Sequence record: PQ724394.1
DNA length: 64,000 bases
Direction: 5' to 3' (one strand)
Source: a phage
Shown here: one piece after another, positions 9,068 through 18,866 of the stretch
How the letters are laid out: each line of letters starts with the position of its first letter
Numbering within the stretch: position 1 is the first letter of the stretch
The notes under the pieces: model-generated
What the model was told of the DNA's origin: nothing
Database searches by the model: none
What the model saw: the letters and a program-made list of their open reading frames with translations, nothing else
Made by a program: the position numbers and the translations under genes

Positions 9068-10232
9068 CTAAATCCATCTCTTCTAAATCGTTTTCAATAT
9101 CTGCAGCACTTTGAGCGTCACCACTCAATTTAACTGCAACATTCTTAGAGACACGAGAGTTAATAAGGTCGTTCACGGCATCATCGACTTCTTTAATAGA
9201 ATTAATTGCACCAAGCTTATACTTATTCTCGATTGCTTCACGGAACGGGGCATGTTTAAACAGCGGTCCCCAGAACTCGACACAATCGGTAGCTTTAGCA
9301 CGCCATGATTTTTCTTCTTGAACCATTTCACCCGTGGTTTCATCAAGGAATGCACGATTATACCAGCCGGCTTTAGGTTTCACGACAAAGCCAATATCAG
9401 TAGCCATTTCGAGCAGACCACTAAATGGGTCGATACCACCTTCAAAGTTCACAGTAATTGGGAACGTTGATTTCTCTTTAACAGTACGAGATTTTTCGGC
9501 CTTCAGGGTGAAGTCATAACCAGTGAGCTCGGTACCATCTTTAACCTGACGTTTAGAGATAAAGAACACAGTAGAAGCAGAGTACAGAATACCAGTACCA
9601 CCACCCATAATCTCTTTAGGATACATTCCACCAATTTCCATAGCCGTATGGTTAATTGCTACACAAGGAATATCCTTGATAGTCAGATAAGGTGTTACGA
9701 TACGGAACAGAGATTTCAGAGACTTAGCTCGAGTCATATCACCTACAACTTTCTCGTTCAAAGCATCTTCGGTTTCTTTCTTAGAAGCGGTGTTACCGAT
9801 GGAGTCGATAAAGATAATAACCTTTTCGCCACGAGTAATTTCTTCTAATTGGTTGGTCATGTCAACCTTCAGTTGTTCGACTGACTGGATTGGCGTATGA
9901 ACCACACGTTCCAGGTCAACACCCATTGAACGGAAATAAGATTCTGAAGCACCGAACTCAGAGTCATAGAACAAGCAAATTGCGTCTGGATATTTCTTCA
10001 TATATGCCGCAACCATAGTTAATCCAAACAACGTTTTAAAGTGTTTAGACGGTGCAGCAAAGATTGTCAAACCTGATTGTAAGCCTGCATTCAACGCACC
10101 ACCCAATGCAATATTAAGCATAGGAATACGAGTAGGAACTTCGTCACGACCATTAAACAATTTAGATTTGGTCAGATCGGCAGTCATTTTAGAAGTAGAA
10201 GCTTTAATCAAACGGGATTTTAAATCGGACAT
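9060..10232 (-). CDS. uvsX: UvsX recombinase (RecA-like)
   Basis: 390 aa; N-terminus MSDLKSRLIKASTSK nearly identical to T4 UvsX. Confidence 0.95.
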   Translation of the reverse strand: MSDLKSRLIKASTSKMTADLTKSKLFNGRDEVPTRIPMLNIALGGALNAGLQSGLTIFAAPSKHFKTLFGLTMVAAYMKKYPDAICLFYDSEFGASESYFRSMGVDLERVVHTPIQSVEQLKVDMTNQLEEITRGEKVIIFIDSIGNTASKKETEDALNEKVVGDMTRAKSLKSLFRIVTPYLTIKDIPCVAINHTAMEIGGMYPKEIMGGGTGILYSASTVFFISKRQVKDGTELTGYDFTLKAEKSRTVKEKSTFPITVNFEGGIDPFSGLLEMATDIGFVVKPKAGWYNRAFLDETTGEMVQEEKSWRAKATDCVEFWGPLFKHAPFREAIENKYKLGAINSIKEVDDAVNDLINSRVSKNVAVKLSGDAQSAADIENDLEEMDLDD

Positions 10233-10310
10233 TATATTTTTCCATAGGCACCATTATATTTTTCTCACGTTTTTAAGATAGGGTAATTATATCACTTCAC
10301 AGTTACAGCA

Positions 10311-11204
10311 TTAAAGGACCACGTCCTCATAACGTGGCATTTCGTACTCAGAATGAATATGGGCACCGAAATAAATGAATTCAGCCAGACCAGGATGAAA
10401 TACTAAACCCGGGTTTTCATGATAAATGATATGTGGCCTTGATTTCAGAATCTGATAATATTCAACCTTACTCGGTTTGAATTTAACAATCTCTACGTCA
10501 GGACGATAGTCTTCACGCTTAAATGAATCATTCGGGTCGGTGATATAAAGACGAGCACCTTCAGCGGCAGCTTGGTCTACAACTCTTTCGAATTGATAGC
10601 ACTTATCCGAAATACGGAATGGATGGAAAATACCATCAATTTTAATAGGCGCTAGACCTTCAGAGTAACGCTCAATTACTGCAGGATTAATTACCTTTTG
10701 GTCTACAAAAATCTTATCAGAGGATGCACCTCGTGACACCAGGACGTCTTTCTGGCATTGATTCAGGACTGTAGTATAAAGTGAACGTTCAACTGAAGCC
10801 ACATCAATATCAATGAACTCGTCGATATAATAACGAGGAACTTCAGGGTCCATTGTGATATTAAAGTTGAATTGTACGGTATGAGCACCATCATAACCGG
10901 TGATATCGGTTACCAGTCCTGAGCAATCATAGTATTCGATTAGTGAATCGACTACAAACTCATTTTCAGACCAGAAATGTTTACGGGTTTCATAAGCATT
11001 TTCTTTATACCAAAGTGGTACGAAATTCAGTTCTGGGAATAATTCAATGCATTCTTTGATATCGCTCGAATTTCTAGGATAAGCCAGATAATCACCTGGA
11101 CGAGCACGATTTAAATGGAGTTGAAAATTACCGTCCTTAAGGACGGCATATTCACCTGTTTCGTAACTACGCATACTGAAAATAGGAACGATAAACAAAC
11201 TCAT
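10311..11204 (-). CDS. hypothetical protein occupying the beta-glucosyltransferase position; candidate hmC sugar transferase
   Basis: 297 aa; no recognisable similarity to T4 beta-gt; first gene of a coupled cluster with the gene-42 homolog. Confidence 0.55.
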   Translation of the reverse strand: MSLFIVPIFSMRSYETGEYAVLKDGNFQLHLNRARPGDYLAYPRNSSDIKECIELFPELNFVPLWYKENAYETRKHFWSENEFVVDSLIEYYDCSGLVTDITGYDGAHTVQFNFNITMDPEVPRYYIDEFIDIDVASVERSLYTTVLNQCQKDVLVSRGASSDKIFVDQKVINPAVIERYSEGLAPIKIDGIFHPFRISDKCYQFERVVDQAAAEGARLYITDPNDSFKREDYRPDVEIVKFKPSKVEYYQILKSRPHIIYHENPGLVFHPGLAEFIYFGAHIHSEYEMPRYEDVVL

Positions 11205-11899
11205 TTCAGGAAACCTCGGACGTAGTCAAAATCACGTTCAAACACGTGTGCACTTACCATGGTGTGGGAATATGTACCTAAACCGACACCACACTGTTCA
11301 GCAATAAATGCCATCAGTTTACCCTGCAGATAGAAATCCAGCTGCATAACAACAGCACAGTTCTGTGAACGCATATGGGTATGTGCATACAAACGTCCGT
11401 CACGAATATAATACGTTACCGAATCGGTGCAAGGATATTCTAAGGATTCGTCAGAATCAAGGAGGGCTTGGTCTTGTTCTTGGAGAATCTGGAACACAAC
11501 TCTTCGCGAGTTAGCCTTTTCTTTAAGCTCTTTAAGTAGGGCTGGGAGTTGGGCCACAATTCGAGGTCCGTAGAAAGTGTTGAAGTTTGCAGGCAATACG
11601 TCACTTTTCGGCTTATCAATGAACTTAGCAACATTAGGGTATTCCTTAAATGCTTCGGCAGCGTCAGTACCACCAGAAATCATAAATTTCCAAAAGGATT
11701 CGGCATATTCATAACTAATACGATTGATACGTGGGTCGGTGAATTTATAGGTGCTTGCATCCAGTACTTCTACCGAAGCAGAACCAATTTCATAACAACG
11801 TCCGATACGAGAATCAACTGCAAACTGTGGAGCTTCCAGGATTTCTTCGTTCATTTGTTTAAATGCATTTTCAAAACTAACAGCGGTAATGTGTTTCAT
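11201..11899 (-). CDS. 42: dCMP hydroxymethylase (thymidylate-synthase superfamily), diverged
   Basis: 232 aa; TS-like fold motifs (catalytic Cys in YPCTDS, SRRVVF, Asp at the cytosine-specifying position); position of T4 gene 42. Confidence 0.75.
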   Translation of the reverse strand: MKHITAVSFENAFKQMNEEILEAPQFAVDSRIGRCYEIGSASVEVLDASTYKFTDPRINRISYEYAESFWKFMISGGTDAAEAFKEYPNVAKFIDKPKSDVLPANFNTFYGPRIVAQLPALLKELKEKANSRRVVFQILQEQDQALLDSDESLEYPCTDSVTYYIRDGRLYAHTHMRSQNCAVVMQLDFYLQGKLMAFIAEQCGVGLGTYSHTMVSAHVFERDFDYVRGFLK

Positions 11900-12432
11900 T
11901 TATTCACCTTATTTTCAATATATTCGTTCAGACGTTTTAATTCTACCATATCAACATTAAGCAAATTATTATGGCCGTCATGATTTAAGATTTTAAACAC
12001 GTTTTCAAAACATGTTTCGTATTGCCGGATAGTTAGGTTGAACTCATCTTTGGTTAATTTAATAAGGTCGTCTTCGAAGTCTTCGTCTAACGGGTTACGA
12101 GTTAAAATAACCTCGATAACGTTAAATTCGGATTTAAACCCTTTCCAATCTTCCAGTTCTACATAAGGGTCCATTTCACCACGAAGGAATCCTGAGTAAA
12201 CAATATTACTTGGATAACCACGGTCAAGGATATAAACGAAATTAGGGTCTAAAAACTTATACAGAGTTTCAACTAAAGCCTTATCGTTATCAGTTCCTAA
12301 TGAAATACACTTGCCATTAATCTTTTTAGGAAAATCAATAAGGCGGTATTTCTTATTGGATAACAGATTTTTAATTAAAGTGGACTTCCCGGAATTATCC
12401 GGGCCGTCTATAACAATGATTTTTGGATTCAT
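11896..12432 (-). CDS. P-loop kinase (dNMP/thymidylate-kinase-like)
   Basis: 178 aa; Walker A IVIDGPDNSGKST; stop/start overlap with flanking genes. Confidence 0.65.
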   Translation of the reverse strand: MNPKIIVIDGPDNSGKSTLIKNLLSNKKYRLIDFPKKINGKCISLGTDNDKALVETLYKFLDPNFVYILDRGYPSNIVYSGFLRGEMDPYVELEDWKGFKSEFNVIEVILTRNPLDEDFEDDLIKLTKDEFNLTIRQYETCFENVFKILNHDGHNNLLNVDMVELKRLNEYIENKVNK

Positions 12433-12827
12433 GGATGATAGGCCTTATAACTATCAAGAGTTCCTTCACGAACCATTTCTTTAAAGTGGTCAGGACGGAT
12501 TGCTCGGTCATCGATGATAAAAGTATAACTCGGCTTGTGTGTAAGCAAATTGTGATATTTCAATCCAATCTTTTCAAGGTTCTTAACCAATGCAGGAACT
12601 ACTTCAACCAAGATTCGACCTGGGCCACATGAAGTCATGCCACGGGCGGTGAACAATGTAATCTCGTACCCTTCATCATAAAGCTTATTAATCATGGACA
12701 CCATTTCGGTGTCCGGTTTAAAGTTCTCATAATCACGGTCATGGTTCCAAATCGTGATTGTGTTATCGATATCAAAACATAAATGCGGCTTATTTTCTAC
12801 TCGATGCGACATTAAATTTTCTTCCAT
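12429..12827 (-). CDS. HAD-superfamily phosphatase (small)
   Basis: 132 aa; motif I FDIDNTIT, motif II LFTAR, motif III/IV K...IIDD. Confidence 0.6.
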   Translation of the reverse strand: MEENLMSHRVENKPHLCFDIDNTITIWNHDRDYENFKPDTEMVSMINKLYDEGYEITLFTARGMTSCGPGRILVEVVPALVKNLEKIGLKYHNLLTHKPSYTFIIDDRAIRPDHFKEMVREGTLDSYKAYHP

Positions 12828-14515
12828 TGTTTGTGGAGTTCAGTAGAACCTGTAGGTTTATATTTTACACCAGTTTCCTGGTCAAGCAAAACCCACTTAT
12901 CAGGACAACGAGTAATAATTTGGGCCGTGATAGGGTCACGGACTTCATCGACAAATTCACCCGTAATAAGCTTACGCTTACGAGGATGCCGCTTCAGCAG
13001 CACACTCAGTTGGTACAAACCGTTATAATAAGCACCCAGAGCTTTCAGAGGGTTATTCTTAAAGTAACCTGCCAGCGCCATCCAAATAACAGCAATCCAG
13101 AGCTTGTGCTTAAATGTGCACATAGGGATATCGTCTAAAGGCATAACCTTTTCGATATCAACGAATACACGAGTTCCGTTACGAGTTAATCCACCCCATA
13201 GAGGGTCTGAGTTAAATTTATCATAGCCATCGATAGAATAAAGCACCTTAGCTTCATCATAAATCGCAGGGCCTTTAGAACTATTACCGAAATAACCGCG
13301 TGGGTCGATGATTTTAATATCACCTTCGTCCGACAGCATAATATTACTATAGTGCGGGTCACCATGAATAAGTTGGTACGGTTCTTTATGTTCAGACAGA
13401 ATTTCTAGTGCATGGCGGAGAAGTTTTTCAGGGTCGCCTACTTTGAAATCGTTAACATGGGTAATACCCTGTGGAGCAAAGCCTTCAATCAATCCAGCAA
13501 TAGAAGCATTACGAATAAGGACCTTGTCCAATACTTCTTTCTTAACATCGGAATACCATTGTTCATCGGAAGGATTATCGATAGTTCCACCGAATGAACG
13601 TAATGCACTAATGACCTTATAAACCATGAGGACTTTAGTTTCTTTGGACATAAACCGGTAGGCATCTGCCATGGTACGACCAAAGATACGTTCCATTTTA
13701 ATGAATTCGCCTGGAGAAAAGTCTACAATGCTAGGAACGAATTCAGAATCAATAGAATTATACCAATTGATTTCTTTAGATTGAATTTCTTTACCTAATT
13801 CGTTAGTTGGTACTTTAATAGCTAGATTCTCGGTGAATTCTAATTTATTAAATTCACGATTAATTTCAGATTCTTCATGGGCCTTAGCCAGTTTCAATTT
13901 GTCACCGACATCAACTACAAAGTCTAGTTTACGTTCGGTCAAATAGACCATTGAATCCAGGTTATCAGCAAGGTCTTCACCATAATTAGAACGGTCGAAA
14001 CCTGTCCAGTTAGCCACCTGATACAAACCAACTACACCGCCACCAGTACCAATTTCACGTAAGTACGGTTCTTCAAATGTAAAACGACAGTCGGTCCCAT
14101 AGGTATAACAGTAGTCGTTACCCCATTCAACTTTATGACCGATAGGAATGATGTCACACCAGTTAAACAAGACATTATGGCCAATGATATCTTCGGCAAT
14201 GCAATCGATAGCATGGGCCGAACCATTAGCAACATCAACGTTACGAATAGTGAATTTAGGCTTATCACCAGTAATCATGTTAATGGATTTAATATAGCCT
14301 TTAACGAGGTCGTTAAATTTGCTGTGAATAACCAGAATAATTTCATCCGATTGGTTACTATACAAATCATACAAATGCTTTAATACCGTATGTTGTTTGT
14401 AGTTAACCAATACCTTCGGGATTTCGTTAGTAATTGGATACAACCGTGAGCCAAGACCTGCGCCTAAAATAACAACCTTTTTCATTATCTGTTCCTCAAG
14501 TGAATGTAGGTACAT
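12812..14515 (-). CDS. bifunctional nucleotidyltransferase / protein-kinase-like (APH/choline-kinase fold) enzyme
   Basis: 567 aa; N-terminal ILGAGLGSRL nucleotidyltransferase signature; C-terminal HGDPHYSNIM...IIDPRG kinase motif. Confidence 0.75.
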   Translation of the reverse strand: MYLHSLEEQIMKKVVILGAGLGSRLYPITNEIPKVLVNYKQHTVLKHLYDLYSNQSDEIILVIHSKFNDLVKGYIKSINMITGDKPKFTIRNVDVANGSAHAIDCIAEDIIGHNVLFNWCDIIPIGHKVEWGNDYCYTYGTDCRFTFEEPYLREIGTGGGVVGLYQVANWTGFDRSNYGEDLADNLDSMVYLTERKLDFVVDVGDKLKLAKAHEESEINREFNKLEFTENLAIKVPTNELGKEIQSKEINWYNSIDSEFVPSIVDFSPGEFIKMERIFGRTMADAYRFMSKETKVLMVYKVISALRSFGGTIDNPSDEQWYSDVKKEVLDKVLIRNASIAGLIEGFAPQGITHVNDFKVGDPEKLLRHALEILSEHKEPYQLIHGDPHYSNIMLSDEGDIKIIDPRGYFGNSSKGPAIYDEAKVLYSIDGYDKFNSDPLWGGLTRNGTRVFVDIEKVMPLDDIPMCTFKHKLWIAVIWMALAGYFKNNPLKALGAYYNGLYQLSVLLKRHPRKRKLITGEFVDEVRDPITAQIITRCPDKWVLLDQETGVKYKPTGSTELHKQWKKI

Positions 14516-14545
14516 TATACACTATTTTTAATAAATTTCTATTGC

Positions 14546-15046
14546 TTAAATCTTATCTTTACCGTATTCCATGCACTGTTCTACTGCAGCAGGCACTTTG
14601 GTCTTAAGCTTGTTGATTTGTTTCTTATAATCACGAGCCTTATCGAAGCTCTCGGTTTCGAGCATTTCGTAATAACGAGCCTCGTGGACAGAAATCTGTA
14701 AATTGATATGGTTTACACACATAGCATACAGTTTCTGCTTTTTGTACAAATCATCTTGGCGCTTCATTTCTGCCTGGTGTTTGGCTAGTACCGCTTCACG
14801 CTTAGACTCTTGTTCACGTTGGAATTCTATTTCCCTTTGAGCATATTTTGCACAGTTATTACCACATTGATTATTAGCTCGGGTATACACAAGTCCAGAA
14901 CCGGCATGGAATTTCATCTCGCCGTCGAATTGTTTCTGTTCAGCTGCAATACGAGCTTTACCAACTTCATCAGCCGAAACTGCATCACCGTATTGGACTG
15001 CGCAACCTGATAGGAGCATACTCATTGCGATAATTAACTTTTTCAT
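14546..15046 (-). CDS. lipoprotein (166 aa)
   Basis: Signal peptide with lipobox LLSGC; Lys/Glu-rich coiled region; adjacent to imm. Confidence 0.6.
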   Translation of the reverse strand: MKKLIIAMSMLLSGCAVQYGDAVSADEVGKARIAAEQKQFDGEMKFHAGSGLVYTRANNQCGNNCAKYAQREIEFQREQESKREAVLAKHQAEMKRQDDLYKKQKLYAMCVNHINLQISVHEARYYEMLETESFDKARDYKKQINKLKTKVPAAVEQCMEYGKDKI

Positions 15047-15053
15047 AATATCC

Positions 15054-15191
15054 TCAATTAAAACAGTTATACTTAATTTGTGCTATAAGAATAATCCATC
15101 CCATGATTAATGTTGGAATCATTGGAGGAATTGCCACTGCCCAATAAACGGTAAAGGCAGCCATTATAAGAAATAAAATAATTATCTTCAT
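15054..15191 (-). CDS. small hydrophobic membrane peptide (45 aa)
   Basis: ATG overlaps imm stop (ATGA); translated by hand; its stop overlaps the RBS of the lipoprotein gene. Confidence 0.35.
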   Translation of the reverse strand: MKIIILFLIMAAFTVYWAVAIPPMIPTLIMGWIILIAQIKYNCFN

Positions 15192-15424
15192 TGTTTAACG
15201 ATAATGATTTGTGCATTTGATTTACGTTCAGCGACGATAGCCCAGATTAAAGCCACTACCCAACCAATCATCGTCCATCCTAACAGGAGATTAAGGAAGA
15301 AGATTCCGACATTGCTACGGGTGCCTCGCAGAAGAGCCAGAATCCATGGTAAAAAGTAACCAATGAACATAATAAACAGAGAACCGAATCCTAAAACACC
15401 AGCACTAACGATTAAAGCTTCCAT
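15188..15424 (-). CDS. imm: Imm-like superinfection immunity membrane protein
   Basis: 78 aa, two hydrophobic helices; conserved position between 42 and 43; early promoter cassette upstream. Confidence 0.6.
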   Translation of the reverse strand: MEALIVSAGVLGFGSLFIMFIGYFLPWILALLRGTRSNVGIFFLNLLLGWTMIGWVVALIWAIVAERKSNAQIIIVKQ

Positions 15425-15454
15425 TATAATTTCCTCATGTAGTTGATAGGAAGG

Positions 15455-15484
15455 ATACTACCACGTTCCATGTGGTATGTAAAC
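15455..15484 (-). promoter_or_regulatory. early promoter (GTTTAC-N18-TAGTAT)
   Basis: Upstream of imm. Confidence 0.6.
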
Positions 15485-15486
15485 AC

Positions 15487-18198
15487 TTAAAAGTCGAACA
15501 TGTCAAATAATGTTGCTTTTTTCTCGTAGTCGATTTTAGCAGACTCAGTAAAACCTGTCAGAGGTTTGATAAAGGTCTTTTGGAACAGTACGTTGTAGTC
15601 CATCCAACGGAGGACTTGGTCACGAATCTGAATCGGAAGTTCAATACCTGACGGCCATGCCATACAAGCTTCACCGAACGGGTTGCCTTCTTTAAGTGGC
15701 AGTACATATACCTTTTCACCATCAACGATTCGAGGCATTGTCAAATCACCAGCAGAAGCACGCATGTAAGCTAAGCAACCTTTGATGTGGTACGGACATT
15801 TAGAACCAGGGAAACCACCTTCATTATATTTCTCGATGTTGTTAGCACTGGATACTGCAGCAATGCTTACATAGTCTAGTTCGTTAAATTCCTTATTAAA
15901 CTGTTTGAAATATTCTTGCAAAGAGGCCTCGCCTTCTTGAAGCATACGACGGATACATTCTTTCAGAGCTTTCTGAACCGCTTTAGGTGTACTTGATTTC
16001 TGGGTTTCGAGACCCATGATTTTCAAGTGTGGTTCGGCATAACGAGTACCTTCCATGTCCCAAACGTTCAGTGCATAACGTTTCTTGCCTGTCCAGAATC
16101 CACCAAGACCTTTAGAACCAAGTGGAGGACCAGCGATAGCTTCTCGGTCCATGAACATCAAGTGCTGTTTATTGTTCATGTATTCACACATCTCACGGAA
16201 GCCTGCATCAATAGCTGGTTCCATACGTTCACGTGCAAATTTATCTAAGAAGTCAACCCAGTGGTTGGTATCACGGAATTTGTCTTCGCCTACTTTATTG
16301 ATGATTGCATCGGCCTTAACATAAATGGAGTCGGTATCACCATAGAGCACGAACTTCTGGTTTTCAGTCTTGCACACACCATTCAGATATTCGTTAACCT
16401 TACGTTCAATCCATTGGAGGGCCATTTGACCAAACAATGTTATTGCAGTTGCGTTCCTGAGGTCATAGTAACGGAACCATACGTTACCAAGTGCACCATA
16501 AAGGGAGTTGATAAGCAATTTACGGTTAATCTGAGCAGTCATACCTGCGACTTCAGTACGTTCGGCTTTGAACAACATTTCTTTTAAAGAAGATGCTGAC
16601 AATTTTTTAATCTGGGCTTTGACTTCGTCAGAGAAGTCGAAACGATAATCAACATCCAATGGACTATCAACAGACAGATTAGGATTTTCTAATGCTTCTT
16701 TAATTAACTCACCATTACGTTGAGCTGCAAGCATATAACCTTTATGTTCTTTACGTTGTAAGAACACCTTCGTGATTTCTGTAGGAATCACACCATCACG
16801 GTCTTTATAGTACATCATGCCGTTAGGAGAGCAACTGTAGGTGTCGCTAGGACGCGGAGCAGTTCCGGCAATATATTCATGTATCGGCGCGTTTGCGAAT
16901 GTCCCTGCGATGGTCTCTGGGCTTATATTCACTTGTCGAATGATACTCGGGTACAGAGATGTAAGGTCGAAACTCATTACATATTTGTACGCGTTAGGAA
17001 TAGGTTCCTTAACGAAAGCACCCGGATAAGGTTGAACCGCATGCGATTTGGCCTGAGGAATAACTTTACCCTGTTCTTTAAGGCTATTAAAGATAATAGC
17101 GTCCCAAGTCTTAATTGGACTGAACACCGACTGAATCTGCATCTTGGCATAGTAACCCATGTCCAGACTAAGAAGAATGAACTGGCGTTTCATATCAATC
17201 TGCACAACACGATATACGTCGATAATGTTATAGGAAATATATCGTTGGTGGTTCGTCTCACGTAACTTGGAGATAGGACCATCATATTTCAACTTACCTA
17301 CTTTCAATTCATATTCAGAAACATAATCCAGAGAATAAGAAGGCTGGTTGGTGAAGCTGAATTTTTTATAAAGGTCGATATAATCCAGAACAGAGATACC
17401 GAACAGTGTAATAATTTCGCGAGCGCCGTACATGTTCTCGATAACTTTAACACGAGTCTTACGATGCGGGCTTAATCGCTTAGCAGTGTTCTCACCAAAC
17501 AGATTTTTCAGACGGTTATAAACGTATGGCACGTCAAATGATTCAACGTTCCATCCAGTCAAAATCACAGGAGTTTTCTGTTGCCAGAAATTAAGATACT
17601 CAAGCATCATTTCTTCTTCAGAATTAAACGGAAGATAAACGATTTTGTCAATGATTTCCTGTGGAACTTCGTCACCACCTTCGTCTTGGAGTTTCTCAGC
17701 GATTTTAATCGACCACTCTTCGACCGTACCATAAGGTGAAACTAAAAGGTCAAATACATAGAATTTATCATCAATCGAGTCGTAGTGAGTAATGGCATCG
17801 ATAGGATGTTTAGCCTGGGCAGGTTCAGGGAATCCATCAGGAGATGTTACCTCGATGTCGAAGTTAGCAATACGAATCTTGGAAGAATCATACTTGATTT
17901 CTTTACGATAGGTATCAGACAAATAGGCTAATTTATAGTCATCCATACCAAGGGCTTCGAGACCCATATCGTCCATGCGCTTCATCCACTGAGAAGCATC
18001 GCGCATTGAATTGAATTCTTTCTTAACACAGCCCTTACCGTAGATGTCAATATATTTTACGGCTTGCTCCGGGTTAGCATGCATAAACATTGTAGGCTTG
18101 TAAGGAACTTCACGACTACGTTCGTTACCATTTTTATCGATGTAACGTTCGAGAATATTATCACCGATTTGTTCGACTGTCAAATAGAATTCTTGCAT
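15487..18198 (-). CDS. 43: DNA polymerase (family B)
   Basis: 903 aa from MQEFYLTVEQ; YGDTDS and exonuclease FDIE motifs; high similarity to RB69 gp43 as recalled; RBS AAGGAAA before ATG at 18198. Confidence 0.97.
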   Translation of the reverse strand: MQEFYLTVEQIGDNILERYIDKNGNERSREVPYKPTMFMHANPEQAVKYIDIYGKGCVKKEFNSMRDASQWMKRMDDMGLEALGMDDYKLAYLSDTYRKEIKYDSSKIRIANFDIEVTSPDGFPEPAQAKHPIDAITHYDSIDDKFYVFDLLVSPYGTVEEWSIKIAEKLQDEGGDEVPQEIIDKIVYLPFNSEEEMMLEYLNFWQQKTPVILTGWNVESFDVPYVYNRLKNLFGENTAKRLSPHRKTRVKVIENMYGAREIITLFGISVLDYIDLYKKFSFTNQPSYSLDYVSEYELKVGKLKYDGPISKLRETNHQRYISYNIIDVYRVVQIDMKRQFILLSLDMGYYAKMQIQSVFSPIKTWDAIIFNSLKEQGKVIPQAKSHAVQPYPGAFVKEPIPNAYKYVMSFDLTSLYPSIIRQVNISPETIAGTFANAPIHEYIAGTAPRPSDTYSCSPNGMMYYKDRDGVIPTEITKVFLQRKEHKGYMLAAQRNGELIKEALENPNLSVDSPLDVDYRFDFSDEVKAQIKKLSASSLKEMLFKAERTEVAGMTAQINRKLLINSLYGALGNVWFRYYDLRNATAITLFGQMALQWIERKVNEYLNGVCKTENQKFVLYGDTDSIYVKADAIINKVGEDKFRDTNHWVDFLDKFARERMEPAIDAGFREMCEYMNNKQHLMFMDREAIAGPPLGSKGLGGFWTGKKRYALNVWDMEGTRYAEPHLKIMGLETQKSSTPKAVQKALKECIRRMLQEGEASLQEYFKQFNKEFNELDYVSIAAVSSANNIEKYNEGGFPGSKCPYHIKGCLAYMRASAGDLTMPRIVDGEKVYVLPLKEGNPFGEACMAWPSGIELPIQIRDQVLRWMDYNVLFQKTFIKPLTGFTESAKIDYEKKATLFDMFDF

Positions 18199-18255
18199 TT
18201 CATTTCCTTTATAGACGAGTGATTGTCTTTTGTTTGTTGATGAATCATTATACTC

Positions 18256-18276
18256 CAAAAAGGGACCGAAGTCCCT
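18256..18276 (-). terminator. intrinsic terminator upstream of gene 43
   Basis: AGGGAC-TTCG-GTCCCT hairpin plus T-run. Confidence 0.65.
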
Positions 18277-18280
18277 TTGC

Positions 18281-18496
18281 TTAAATTTCTATTGCCAAAC
18301 GTTTAATTGTTAGATTGCCATCTTCGTCTTTAGTTCTAATCATAGCCTGAAAGACTTGCTGACCTGGATGTAGTAACTTATGGAGGTCCTTTTGAAATTC
18401 TATTTGGAGCTCTTCGGAAAGGTCAAAAACAGTTTGAGTTGGTGAAAGCCCGTACACCTCTTTAAGACGTTCACACATTTCAATTTCAAGAATCAT
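18281..18496 (-). CDS. hypothetical protein (72 aa) between regA and 43
   Basis: ORF with ATG 1 nt after regA stop; start chosen at internal Met to avoid overlapping regA. Confidence 0.35.
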   Translation of the reverse strand: MILEIEMCERLKEVYGLSPTQTVFDLSEELQIEFQKDLHKLLHPGQQVFQAMIRTKDEDGNLTIKRLAIEI

Positions 18497-18497
18497 A

Positions 18498-18860
18498 TTA
18501 ATTACCAATGGTATACTTAGACAATAGTTCCCAGTCATTTTTCTGTTTAAAGGAAATGACACGGAAATTATTAGTAATTTCGAACAATTCAGAATCGTCT
18601 ACAATATCAATAAGTCCCCAATCCTTAAGAAGCTGGGCGATAGAATCACGGCGTTGGTAGTCTTCACCATCGATATCTACCTGGCGACCGTCCATACGCA
18701 ACATCTCTTTAAAGTGGACAATATAATACCGTCCTTGCTTTTGCAAAATGTGACAGGATTGATATAGTTTCTTTTCTTTATTATTGGCGATACCCATACG
18801 AGTCAGGGTCTCTTTCACTTTCAAGAAGTCTTCAGGTTGTTTCAGAGTAATTTCAATCAT
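18498..18860 (-). CDS. regA: translational repressor RegA
   Basis: 120 aa; MIEITLK.PEDFLKVKETLTRMGIANNK nearly identical to T4 RegA. Confidence 0.9.
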   Translation of the reverse strand: MIEITLKQPEDFLKVKETLTRMGIANNKEKKLYQSCHILQKQGRYYIVHFKEMLRMDGRQVDIDGEDYQRRDSIAQLLKDWGLIDIVDDSELFEITNNFRVISFKQKNDWELLSKYTIGN

Positions 18861-18866
18861 TTTAAT

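Noticed and set aside
10233-10310. Promoter upstream of uvsX
   Set aside because: TATAAT-like hexamers are present but no clear GTTTAC or MotA box at the right spacing; not called.
10311-11204. Calling the 297-aa ORF beta-glucosyltransferase by position
   Set aside because: No recognisable similarity to T4 beta-gt by eye; left as a hypothetical candidate transferase.
15487-18258. Longest frame of the DNA polymerase ORF (923 aa, start at 18258)
   Set aside because: The extension overlaps the upstream terminator; the internal ATG at 18198 has an AAGGAAA RBS and gives the 903-aa length of RB69-type gp43.
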